A stretch of 64,000 nucleotides of DNA from Octopus sinensis (Eukaryota): the NCBI RefSeq assembly GCF_006345805.1, contig NC_043006.1, positions 7,750,001 through 7,814,000 on the forward strand, read 5' to 3'. Shown in pieces: positions 52,036 through 64,000 of this stretch; positions within the stretch are counted from its first letter, which is position 1, and each line of letters starts with the position of its first letter. The translations under genes were made by a program, and so were the position numbers. The notes under the pieces are model-generated. The model saw nothing but the letters and a program-made list of their open reading frames with translations, was not told where the DNA came from and ran no database searches.

Positions 52036-52411
52036 GTGGAGGCGCAATGGCCCAGTGGTTAGGGCAGCGGAATCGCGGTTTCGCTTCCCAGACCGGGCGT
52101 TGTGAGTGTTTATTGAGCGAAAACACCTAAAAAGCTCCACGAGGCTCCGGCAGGGGATGGTGGTGATCCCTGCTGTACTCTTTCACCACAACTTTCTCTC
52201 ACTCTTACTTCCTGTTTCTGTTGTACCTGTATTTCAAAGGGGCCGGCCTTGTCACTCTCTGTGTCACGCTGAATATCCTCGAGAACTACGTTATGAGTAC
52301 ACGTGTCTGTGGAGTGCTCAGCCACTTACACGTTAATTTCACGAGCAGGCTGTTCCGTTGATTCGGATCAAACAGAACCCTCGTGGTCGTAACCGACGGA
52401 GTGCTTCCGCC
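52036..52411 (+). mobile_element. SINE family A, tail type 1
   Basis: Matches 2228-2616; flanking direct repeat ACTTCGAAT. Confidence 0.9.
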
Positions 52412-52849
52412 ACTTCGAATCTATTCATGCGAACTTTCTTGTATTCTTTCATTATTTCTGAAATCTCAAAATGTGAATATTTTTTCTCTAATATATCATG
52501 ATAGAAGTGAATTTTCACTTGGTAACAAAATTTTTCTCAGTCTGAAAGCAATGATCTAACTACATTGCTGATGCAATACCTGTCCGTATTGAATACACCA
52601 AGAAATACGCATTTTACTGAGGGAATCCTTACAGATTTTCACGTAGACGTCAATTTATGTCTATAGATAGAATCAGAATATCGTGTTAAGCAAGTACGAC
52701 TAGAAAATTCTTCATATGTTTTCCATAATCATCACTAAATAAATATAACGAAACACAAGCCAAAAGAGGTTCCTGCATTTGACCACTACAACTACTGGAA
52801 ATAGCCGCTGAATCTCCTTCAAGTGATACACTACTACCGTCTCCAAGCA

Positions 52850-52993
52850 GGTACTACTCACTGCCAGCTTAGTGGACTGGAGTAACTTGAAATAAAGTGT
52901 CTTGTTAAAGGACACAACGCGATGCCGGGATTTGAACTCACGACCTTGTAATCGTGAGCCGAATACCATAACCACTAAGTCACGCGCCTTCAC
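52850..52993 (-). mobile_element. tRNA-headed CORE-like SINE fragment
   Basis: Minus strand GTGAAGGCGCGTGACTTAGTGGTTATGG...GTGAGTTCAAATCCCGG..GTGTCCTTTAACAAGACACTTTA. Confidence 0.65.
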
Positions 52994-55900
52994 TAGTCCT
53001 ATATATACCAACATGGAAACCACAGCATAATTAACATGATGAAAGATTTTGATCATTGGTTTCGTCATTAAAGTTTGGTCTGGAAGTAAACATTAACAAC
53101 AAATCACATTCCTCATCTACTACAGAGATATATTCACGGGTATCTAGGGGTTATTTTAATAAGTTTTCATTTTCCAATTAAAAAAAAAATGTTATATGCC
53201 TTAATTTCTTGTGAAAAATAATCATTCAGAAACCTAAATATTTATGATATAATTATTACTTTCTCCTGATTCAATGTTAAACCCAACTAGACTACATGCA
53301 TCACAGATCCCATTGTGAACCTCTCTCGATTCCCAATTTAAATCTTGTCATCGTTCGCCATTCTGTAGTTGATAATAAAAAAAAATCTAGTAATATTCTA
53401 AAATCGATTCAGTTCGACTTCGTCGTTGCCCTTGCATAACTGAACGTATGCCATGTCAAAATAAATTATTATTGATCGATGATTAATGAAGTCTTTAACG
53501 GTGTCCATCGATTCAACTGACTACGTGACATTTTTTATACTTTTATCTTTTATACTCGATTTTTCGCAGACTGCATAGCATAAAATATTAAAAATGGGAA
53601 ATGAAGGCGTAGTTTTCTATTAAAGCTAACTATTATACCTTCATAGATTAATTTAAATTTATATTGCATATAATGAATAGATTTAACGAGTAGTCAATGT
53701 TAACGAATGTTAAGAAAATTCCCTTTTCACGTGATTTTCTGAAATACTAAGCCAGGTAAATCTTTAATAGTCTGAAAGTATTTCTTTGAAAAGAAAATAG
53801 TTATTAGAATTGAAGGTGATGTTGTTGGTTTGGGAAACGATTTGCAAAATTACCTCATTTCGTCATAGAAACTAAAAGGTATTACAGGAATAGGTGTTCA
53901 TTTTATAATATCGATTTATTTTATAGGACTGCCAATCATGTTTCGCGCTTCAAATTTTAATAAGGAAAATAATGTGGCTTAATTTTATAGATTATCTGAA
54001 GAAACGCTATAAAAGAGTCACTGTCAAGAAGTATAATGCCACATGAACTGTCAGGGAAATGCAGTGTAGAAAAATCGAAGCAATTTTGTTTGTCAATTGG
54101 CGATTTCACGACAATCGGAGAGATTAATAGAATGAAAAACTATTATAGTAAAGAAGCGCTGTCATTCCCCCATCATTTTTATCAGCTTTCGGTGATTCGA
54201 TTGCAAATTAACTACTTTATTGTATATTTAAAACTTCCCATTATTTTCCAGAGTTCTCTCTGAAGAGAAGCCACACAAACGTCCAATATATCTGTATAGC
54301 ATTATTTACTGAAATGCTTTTTCATATCTAAAATCTATGGATTACTTCCAGTTGAAATATATAATTACTAACCAATGTTCTTTTAATATATATATATATA
54401 TATTGTCATCACTATAACGACTGGGAGAGTGTTAGGCACAGGAGATAAAAGCGTGCCAAACTACTGTCTGGATAGTCAAAGACGCGTTTTTAAAAGACAC
54501 ATCAAAGACACGTCTTTAAGAAAGTATTCATTTGAGTGACCTGGCCGTAATACATAAGACAGAGAGGTAAATTTTATCGATTAGGGTAATAGGGGTTATC
54601 AACAAATGGTGTTTCATTAACTCAAGATTTAAGGAATTAGTGTAAATCGAGAAAAGTTTCCAATGTCTTTTAGAGTGAAGAGTACAGTGCAGTGCGAAAT
54701 GTTGTCATGTAGAAGGCATGGGTAAGCAACCTATCCATAAAGAACCTATAGTTTATAATGCTTCAGATATCAACGAGTCAGTATTTATTACATTTTTCAT
54801 AGTTTCTTTCCTATTTTCTTCGTAATTTTAGGACTCTCTACACGTGATATGTTTATCGCAGGTGGAAACGTTTTTGAAAGTTTAAACCATTTACACATTC
54901 TCACAGGCCTTCAGTTGATTTTTATTCATGTGTCAGGGCGTTATGAATATAATAAAGTGTTCAGGAGTTCAGTAATACCTGCCTCACAGGTATTATACTA
55001 AATTTCATTTATCAACGCGAGAAAAATCTGAATAGTAAATAAAGAGAGCTGAATTTTCTGCTGAAGCATTGTTTGATATTTTATAATCTATTTAAATTAT
55101 ACTTTACGGTTCCGATTTGCCGAGTCAATATCACCATTATCGCAAAGTAATAGCTTTGTATCAACAAATCAAAAATATTATAAAAAACATATTCTTGCAA
55201 ACAAAGTACAATTAATGGATACTGTTGATATCATTAAAGGAAGACTACTTCAACAAGAAAAGAATTAAAAATAAATTGGTCGGTGACTGCAAAATGTTAA
55301 TGAAAGCAAGCTAACGTAACTGAATCAGTGATTCAGGGTTTCATTATTTTTTCCCGTGGATTTATTCTCGATGATCAAACAACAAAATTTGATTAAGTGT
55401 ATTCAAAGCCGGCATGCTTTGCTTAGTTTAGCTCACAGTATTTTAATTTCCCATCCGTGGGGATAACCTAATTTGGTTTTTGTCAAATCCTTTATATTAA
55501 TAAATTAACTTTAATTAACTTGAAAGACTTGCTCGAATTATTTGGTGAATATTTGTAAAGTACTCTGCAGACTAAAAGAGTAACTTAAAACGAGATTAGT
55601 AAATGATTCCCGCAAGAAAAATAAACAACGTCCGTTATTCAAATTTTACCTGCTTGGAAATATATTTTTTATCAAAAAAACTTTATTTTGATGAGCCTAT
55701 CAACATGTGATAGAGGGATGATAAAAAGAGTTCACCTTGATGATACTTGATGTGAAGTATGAAACAGCAAGAGAAGAGTTGTATAACATTACAGCTGATA
55801 TCTCATGACATCATCATTTGAAGTAGAAACATTTGGTTGATAATCTATGTTTTTTTTTAACGTTAATCCAGAACAGAACGTATATCGGGGCGAATGCGGA

Positions 55901-56043
55901 TTAGAATAATACAAAATACACAGTCAAAAGGAAATGACTTGTGTTAGAGAGAACCGTTGTTCATTATAACACACATTTAAAAATTGATTATGAATAAATA
56001 TCAGACGTCACGTGATGTACGAAGATACAATATCTGCAGATCA

Positions 56044-56277
56044 AGGCGGTAAGCTGGCAGAAACGTTAGCACGCCGGGTGAAATGCTTAGCAGTATTTCG
56101 TCTGCCGTTACGTTCTGAGTTCAAATTCCGCCGAGGTCGACTTTGCCTTTCATCCTTTCGGAGTCGATAAATTAAGTACCAATTACGCACTGGGGTCGAT
56201 GTAATCGACTTAATCCGTTTGTCTGTCCTTGTTTGTCCCCTCTATGTTTAGCCTCTTGTGGGCAATAAAGAAATAAA
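56044..56277 (+). mobile_element. SINE family C
   Basis: Full length, with 17-bp TSD ATACAATATCTGCAGAT. Confidence 0.92.
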
Positions 56278-58427
56278 ATACAATATCTGCAGATTTAATG
56301 GTATATATTGTAGGTCTCAAGTAATATGTTGTAGTCATATTTCAAATACTGTCTCGGTAGTATTCAAAAGAAAGTTAAATATTCATAATTGTTTTTAAAG
56401 ATAATAATCAATGTCTATTAATTTTCAACATAATTAGTGTAATTAACCCTTTTAAAATATATTTCTATGTGCGTTATACCTTCAATATAGGTATTGTACA
56501 CTTTAGCCAATAATAAACACATCGATATGCGATAACCAAAAACACAATAATAAATTCTTATCTTGAGAATATTCTATAATTTTATCTAGAAAAAAAAATC
56601 TCTTATATTCTCTATGGATTATATGGAGCTAGCTGAAACATATTTGTGCGAGTTTTGTCCCAGCATTCATTGTTAAACAGATTGCATACTGTTTTTTTTC
56701 TTTATTGTGATTCAGTTTTGCTGTAAGAGATATGAGAGACAATTGATGTGAAAAATAAGTTGCAGCACAGTAACACGCTTCAGTGTGCTTTCCAATTCGG
56801 AATAAAAACTTTCAGAAAAAATGAAGCAATTTGCAACAGAATGTAAGCAATTGATAGAGAAAAGATACAGACAAAAGATATATACATCAGGAACACACAT
56901 TTGTTTTCGAAATCTGTTCCTCAGAACGTTGCACTCAGACTTTATAAAGTAATATCGCTTATTAAATGTATACAATTCCAGCTGACGGTTACATCTATGG
57001 TTTAGATAATTATGTAAATACCAATAGAAAAAAAAAAAACTTAGCATAATTTTGCAATCTTATTTTTAACTCGTATACATTGTCTTAAAAGATCGTTTGA
57101 TTGAGATTAGAAGAAAGTATCTAACCTGATCGATGTGCTTAACTGAAGCGAGAAACTGCTATGTACTACTTTGTCTCCTAATGGAGCAAAAGTATTGATA
57201 ATGCAGTTATAGTGATAATCTGGTTACATATGACACAAATGCTAGCTACTTTTTTAAATGGTTTTAATCATTCAGCAAGTTTCAAAGTCCATGCTGTTGT
57301 TGTTGCTATTACCGCTACTATTGCTGCCGTTGTGGTTGTTCAAACCTGTCATCCAACTGACCATTCCAGCCGTGACTATCCCATCTTCTCGCTAGTATAT
57401 CTCGAATTATATTGTCTAACAGTTTTATCTGTAACACTAAGGGGAAGGACATTTGATAGCTATTTCACACAGATTATTTGAAATAACTTCCCTTCAAATA
57501 AGATCTTAAAATTTCAGTTTGTTTTCTTTAGAAGAAAAACATAAGTTGGAAGAGAAACTAGCTTAGTGACAATTGGAAAATTTACTTTGCCATTAGCTGG
57601 AAGTCCTTCCCGTTAAACTTATCTCCTTTTATTTTTTAACATCAGCAACTCCAGAAACTAAATACAAATAACTATAGGACAATTCTGAAATCTATCACTT
57701 CCGATTGTTGAGTTCAACGTTATTTAATCTTCCACTGACAAAATTTCCCAATTTAGATAACTTACGTAGGTTTCACTATAATAAAACAAGACAGGCCTCC
57801 TTTAGCTTCACACTAAGATGTATGTAGGTTAATTAATATTTCTCTAGTAATTACAACATATCTACTTTCAGTAAGAATCAAAATGAAAATCATGTCGTCA
57901 TTCAACAAGACCTTATATCTCACTCTATGTTCACTCAATTATGATAAATGGTTGTGGTGGATCACCATCATTCGATAATGAGAATGATTCCATTTCTTCG
58001 ATCAACAGGGTAACGTGTTCCTGAACTGGATTAAAATGTAAATGCATGTGTACCTTTAACGTAATTCTCAGGCTCAGTCAGAGTGACACTATGTGGCACG
58101 ATATGGCACGATGTGTAACGAGACTGTAGTCGTTTGAATTACAGGTGCAATTCATCTGATAGCATGCATTGAAGTTTCTGTCTGTCGATCCAAAGCTATG
58201 GAAAATTATATTTGCCGAAACAGGCATTCGATGGAATCGAACTCGGAAACTAGTTGCTGCAAAGCGAACTTCGTAACCATTTGCCCGTTCTGCGCTTACA
58301 AAAACATATTTCAATAGTAAAGCAACATTTCCTCGGTAACACATATTTCCCACATTGATAAATTATCGATATATATATATATATATATGTGTGTGTTTGT
58401 ATATATATATATATATATGTGTGTGTG

Positions 58428-60640
58428 TGGAAAAAAGTCAAGGTAGAAAATGCTAAAATAATTTTAGAAAAAGCATTTCAGTACCGGTTTCAGTCATTGA
58501 GACTTTTTTAACTGTAAGTATGGAAAATAATTAAATTTTGGAAAAATTAAAAGAAATGTTTTTTAAAAGAATATTTGCATAGTATTCAAATGCAAGTGAC
58601 ATTTTCCGTGTTTCTGCCTGTCTCTGTTTCTCTTGTTTACACTTGTGGGTTCGAGGACGTTGTGAATTCTTGGTATGGAAGAAGAAGAAGAAGAAGAAGA
58701 AGAAGAAGAAGAAGAAGAAGAAGAAGAAGAGGGTGAATGCGGGAGTGCCATGATTGTAGTATGTTAAATGGCCAGGTGCCCTGAGAGTGTTCCGTTGTGG
58801 TTTGTAGTGGTGATCGAATTCTTGAGACAACTCTTTCGAGTATTTTCTTTATAAAAGGCGATTAGGTGTTATTCTAAACAGCAATAGGGTTAATATATAT
58901 TTTCATGAAAATATAGAGAGACTTAAAGAATTCCAAGCACATATAAATGGACTTGACATAAACATTCAATTCACGATGGAATATAGCCATCAACAATTTC
59001 CCTCCCTCGACATCCTCATTAAGAAATCTAACAACGTAATAGAAACAGATATATATTATAAGCCCACGGACTCCAAGCAATATCTACCGTTTAACTCATG
59101 CCACCACCCCAGACACACCAGAGTGAATATCCTCTTCAACCTGGTATATGTACTATAATTTCTAATGCAAGCACCAGAGACAGACGACTACATGAATTAA
59201 AAGATACCCTCATCACCAGGAACTACCCACCATCACTAATTGACATATGCTTTCAACGTGCCCTTCATCTCAACATCCAGGAACTCAGACATCCCAAATT
59301 AAAGAAGGATTTACAACCAAAAGCCCTACCATACATCTCCACGCACAACCCTCTTAAAAATGAAGTCTTCGACAACATTCTTCACAACATTCCCCTGCTA
59401 AAAAAAAAGGACCACAGAATGAACTTAATCCTCCAAACACTCACCATCATAAAAAGCAAGAGTCAACCCAAATCTATGAAACGTCCCCTATCACGAGCCT
59501 GAATACACTCAGCAACATCAAAGAAGCCGTCAGTTAAAAGAATGCAGAAGACCCAACTGTGGGATATGCATCAATTTAATTGACGGATCAGAATTCTCCC
59601 TCAAACAGGGATAACCTTTCACAGTGAAAAGCAACTTCACATGTGCTTCAGAGAACCTGATATAAGTACTAACCTGCTCTACGGGTCAAGAGCAATACAT
59701 AGGTCAAACAAAAATAATCTGCGTAAAAGAATGGCTCTGCACAGATCCAAGATCAAAATTCCCCAAACAGAAAAATAGCATTCAGCCAACACATCGATAT
59801 TTGTACCAATAACAAAAATTCAAGCTTCGGAATTTTTCCCCTCTACCAATTTAGGGACGATACAACCAGTAGCCAACGAATTAGTAAAGAGACTATCTTT
59901 ATTACAAAATACAAACCCTTTTGAACGCGTTTACAACAAACGACATATCCATACACGCAAATATCAAAAATGATACACTCAAGAGATTCCCAAGAATTCA
60001 TTAAAAAACAATTCCAAGCACTGCAATAATCCATAACGTGTTACTTTGAGGGCACTTGACCATTTAATATCCTACTACTATCAAACTACCTACATTCATT
60101 CTTATTTTCCCTTCTATAGCTCCTTTTGCTTCTTCGTCTTCTTCCTCTGCGTCACCTCCTTCCCAACTTTACCACTATTGCTGTTTAGAATAAAACCTAA
60201 GCAAATTTTATAAACAAAATATTCAAAAGAGATATCCCAAGAATTTAATCACTACTACCATCCACAACGTGTCAATTTTGGGGCACTTGACCATTTAACA
60301 GTCCTGCATTCTTCTCCTTCATCTTCTTCTACTTCTTCTCCTTCTTCTTCTTCTTCTTCTTCTTCTTCTTCTTCTTTTCTTCTTCTTATTCCCTACTAAG
60401 AATTCACAACGACCTCGAACCCACAAGAGTAAAAAAGAGAGACAGAGACAGGCAGAAACAAGGAAAATGTCCCTTGTACTTGAATACTATGCAAATATTT
60501 TTTTAAGAAACATTTTAAAATTTTTTCCAAAATTTAATTGTTTTCCATATTTACAGTTGAAAAAGTCTGAATGTCTGAAACCGGTACTGAAATGTTTTTT
60601 ATAAAATTATTTTAGCCTTTTCTTCCTTGACTTTTTTCCA
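58428..60640 (+). mobile_element. Penelope-like element (RT C-terminus plus GIY-YIG endonuclease), decayed, with an inverted 3'-end copy at its 5' side
   Basis: LDILI...TDIYYKPTDSKQYLPFNSCH, RLHELKDTLITRNYP and CASENLI*VLTCSTGQEQYIGQT. 58428-58890 is the reverse complement of about 60170-60640. Confidence 0.88.
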
Positions 60641-60671
60641 TATATATCAACTCGTGTGTTCTTTTTCATCC

Positions 60672-60770
<99 letters not shown>

Positions 60771-61230
60771 ACACTGTAATTATAATAAATATCTGAGAAT
60801 TGACTTCGTTTTCACAGAAATATCTCCTTTAAGAGTCAGTTGAAGTTCACTAGCCGATCTGATAACAGTTCACTGAATTACTATTTCATTTCCTTCAGCT
60901 CAGTTTCGTTTAATTAGATTCACAATTGAAACTAATTACTTTTAAATTGCATCGAAATTAAAGTATTTCAAATTCCACCTAGGGTCATGTTGCGTATTTA
61001 GTAAAACAGTTCTCTCATCCAAGCAGCCAGTTAAATATAAAAATATCACACCGTTAATAGTTTTTTCTCACTAACTTTTTTCCTTAGAAAATTTTCATTC
61101 TAAGAGTTATTCAAAATTTTATTGGAATGTCTTTCTATTTATCCTTGTGTGCGAGTGTATGTACTTCTATATGTATATAAATAAATACATATATATCCAC
61201 GAATATCTATTGGCATATATATATATACAC

Positions 61231-61807
61231 ACGGAACAAATATTTGTGAAGATATGATTGACTATACTCATCTAGTGTAAACTTTTAAAAAGTGATAATA
61301 ATACTATTAATAGTAATAGGCGATTGCAGGCCTACATCTCATAAATTATTTGCGCCATATTGAAATCATTTTCACACTGATGGCTGCCAGGAATCGGAGG
61401 AAAACGAATCAATTGCAGCGCAGACGTCAATGCGATGGATTAGGGCTCTCCCACTTGGTAACGCGTGCTGAGGAAGTTGAGGCTATTATGCCGGTACAGA
61501 AACCGGTCCACGCGAATCCAAATACCTGAATGTATGCTGAGAGATTGTCTCAGCCCGTTTGCCTTCGGACAGTTGAATTCTGTAGTTATTATCAATGTAT
61601 TTTTGCGATTAAAATACGAGTTTTGACTGTTACTTCCAGCACTTAAACATAATTAGTATGTCCTTTGATTAATTTTAATCTTTCAGCTATTTAATACTTT
61701 CTTTTGGGCCTGCAATCGCCTATACTATTGATTCTGTTATTATCATTTTTAAACTGTTAAACTTGATAATAATAGAGTCAATCATATTTTCACAAATATT
61801 TTCCCGT
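61231..61807. mobile_element. MITE-like element with ~100-bp imperfect TIRs
   Basis: 61231-61332 (AAATATTTGTGAAGATATGATTGACT...AGGCGATTGCAGGCC) is the reverse complement of 61707-61807. Confidence 0.75.
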
Positions 61808-61834
61808 TAATCCTTTGCACCGTATTGGAATTAC

Positions 61835-62140
61835 GTTCACACTAGTGGCTGCCAGGATTCGGCGCCAAACGAATCAGTTGCTGCGCATAATTCAACGCGA
61901 CGGGTTGGGAGTTTCTATCATGGTAACGCGTGCTGAGGAAGTAGGAGTTATTTTGCCAGGGCAGAAACCGGTGCACATGAGTCCAAATACTTGAATGTAC
62001 GTTAGGAGATTGTTTTAGCCCGTTTATTTCTGTAGTTAATATCAGTGTGCTTAGGCGACTGAAAAAAGAGTTTTGACTGTTATTTCCAGCAGGTAGACAT
62101 ACTTAGTATGGCCTTTGATTAATTTTAATCTTTCAGCTAC
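61835..62140 (+). repeat. diverged direct copy of the interior (61370-61690) of the adjacent MITE-like element
   Basis: Shared blocks GGCTGCCAGGA, GGTAACGCGTGCTGAGGAAGT, CAGAAACCGGT, GAGTTTTGACTGTTA and TTTGATTAATTTTAATCTTTCAGCTA. Confidence 0.85.
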
Positions 62141-62206
62141 CAGTCGCCATGATAGATCGTTAGCCACTACACACATGTTTTTTTCTCTCCGTGTTTTTTC
62201 TGTGTC

Positions 62207-62244
62207 CCTTTCTGTAGAAGAGCGTAGGCTCGAAACGTAAAAGG
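62207..62244 (+). ncRNA. minimal type I hammerhead-ribozyme-like motif (variant core)
   Basis: CCTTT-CTGTAGA-A-GAGC(GTAG)GCTC-GAAAC-GTA-AAAGG. Stem I, stem II and palindromic ACGT stem III are present; the core has A6>T. Confidence 0.5.
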
Positions 62245-64000
62245 CTTTTTCTATTCCTGAGCGTTATACTAATACATCTAATCGAAATAATACATTTATG
62301 TGCTGCTGAGCACAAAGACGAAGTTTTGTTCAAACACATTCAGAGTTTCCAAACTATTTTTTGAGCATTTAGAGTTTTCCAGATTTAAATTACAAAAATA
62401 TACAATCGACGGTTAATTATAGGTTTTATGTCATGTACGACTGAGTGAAAAAAAATCACTTCAACTATATTTTAAATGCACAGTTAAGAACCTTTAGAAA
62501 ATGTTCAAGTTCCAAATATAAATTTTCTTATGATTTCGAGCATTACTATATACGACATTACTATATCTATCCAATCTTCCAGTGTTGCTATTTAATATCT
62601 AAGTATCAAACTGGCGCTACATTTATCTTTTCTTTTTGCACCGAAATTTCTTAATTATAGCGCATTCTCATAAATGATACGTGCATTTAAATTTTAGAAT
62701 ATATCAGTTTCAATTTTCATAAGGAGCATATTTTGTGAACTTAAAATGATTGCTGCCGTTAGTTTGATACTTAGATATTAAGCAAGAACACTGGGAGATT
62801 GGATAGATGTAGTAATGTCGGATAAGATATAAGGGACAGGATAGTTGTCAAGTAAAAGATTATGCACATGTCTAATATCTCTGCATACACGTCCATAGAC
62901 CGCAGCATTTAAATTCTCGTAATTGGGATATAACTAATGGGTTATTTTTCTTCCACAACATTTGTTATTCTGAACAGTAACTGACATTATCCAGCGAGAT
63001 TCAACACCATTAATGCAGCACAGTACCACCTAGAAGATTGGAATGCAGTTCTGCATAATCTATAACCAGATGGAACTTGACATTCTATAATTACAATTCA
63101 CACCATTATGTTTTCTAACTATAGAATCTTTTTGGAGTATTGCGCCTTCAGATTGTTTTTAGAAGATTCCATCATATTATTCGCGATGTATGTTGTTCAT
63201 AACCTATTTACAGTTAGCTTGATATTTTCATCGATAAATATAAATCAACATATGAACCCGCTGATGCTGCTTATTTTATTACTCTGTGTCATTTGACAAA
63301 AATGTTCTCTTGCTGTGTAATACAGCATTAACTGCTTTTTCTTTGAACATACATGCAATGCAACACTATACTGGCATGAGAATGATTGCTTCAATAATAT
63401 TGTTCAGTAATAGTTTTGGTTTATGATTCGTTTCTTAATGCATTCAACCAAAGATGAAGCAAAAAGAAACTTTTACAGAATGATTTGTATCAAATGATAT
63501 CATAGAACATATCCATACGACTCTACAAAGTTGTCCGAAAAATCATTTCTCCCCGTAAAATATTGTATGTATCCATTGCTGAAAATGTAAACATCGTGAT
63601 TTATATGTGAATGATATGCAAGTAAAATGAATGAGTGGCTAAAATAATGGATTAATGCATGCTATGAGTTGGAATTTAATGCTTGTATTTCCTCATGCTT
63701 TTGCCTACAACATCTACTTAGCTGTGTTTAGTGTTTCAGTTACCCAAGTTTTCTAGACTAAGTACCTGAACATGTGTTAACTTTGCCTGCATTAGACAAG
63801 CGTTGTCGTCAAACCGGTTTCTCGTGTGCCTTCCCCTGGCCTTTCCGAATGTATTAGATTTGATATAATATTACGAATAGTTTCTCTTTAGATTCATCTG
63901 AAATTGGAGCTGCTTGAGTACACCATAATATTCCACGTAATATTCATAATTTTCTACATAGGTTTCATGCATTGAATAGCCATAAGGAATATCGATGTCT

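Noticed and set aside
62900-63600. Candidate short minus-strand exons after AG acceptors (VVLCCINGVESRW..., NGYIQYFTGRNDF...)
   Set aside because: They are short, end in stops, have no consistent donor chain and show no recognisable homology.

Overview
AT-rich animal genomic DNA dominated by repeats. The tRNA-derived SINE families, (AT)n/(GATA)n/(AC)n microsatellites and LINE types point to a coleoid cephalopod, probably Octopus (inference from recall, no search run). I could not identify any host protein-coding exon, so the window looks intronic or intergenic. Most ORF-track entries are microsatellite or SINE read-throughs. Supported content: three SINE families (called A, B, C here) with several target-site duplications; decayed LINEs (Tx1/L1-like, RTE, CR1/L2-like, a 5'-truncated R4/Dong element in a (TAA)n tract); a Penelope-like element with an inverted copy of its 3' end; mariner fragments; Helitron/Helentron-like non-autonomous elements; fold-back elements; and a solitary 5S rRNA copy. 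Most notable: (1) a 359-bp near-perfect palindrome whose arms carry inward-facing tRNA-like units and end at T4 runs on both strands; (2) minimal hammerhead-ribozyme-shaped motifs; (3) two SINE/LINE pairs sharing 3' tails; (4) a head-to-tail chain of (TAA)n-associated elements behind the Dong LINE; (5) a Helitron head-to-tail junction.
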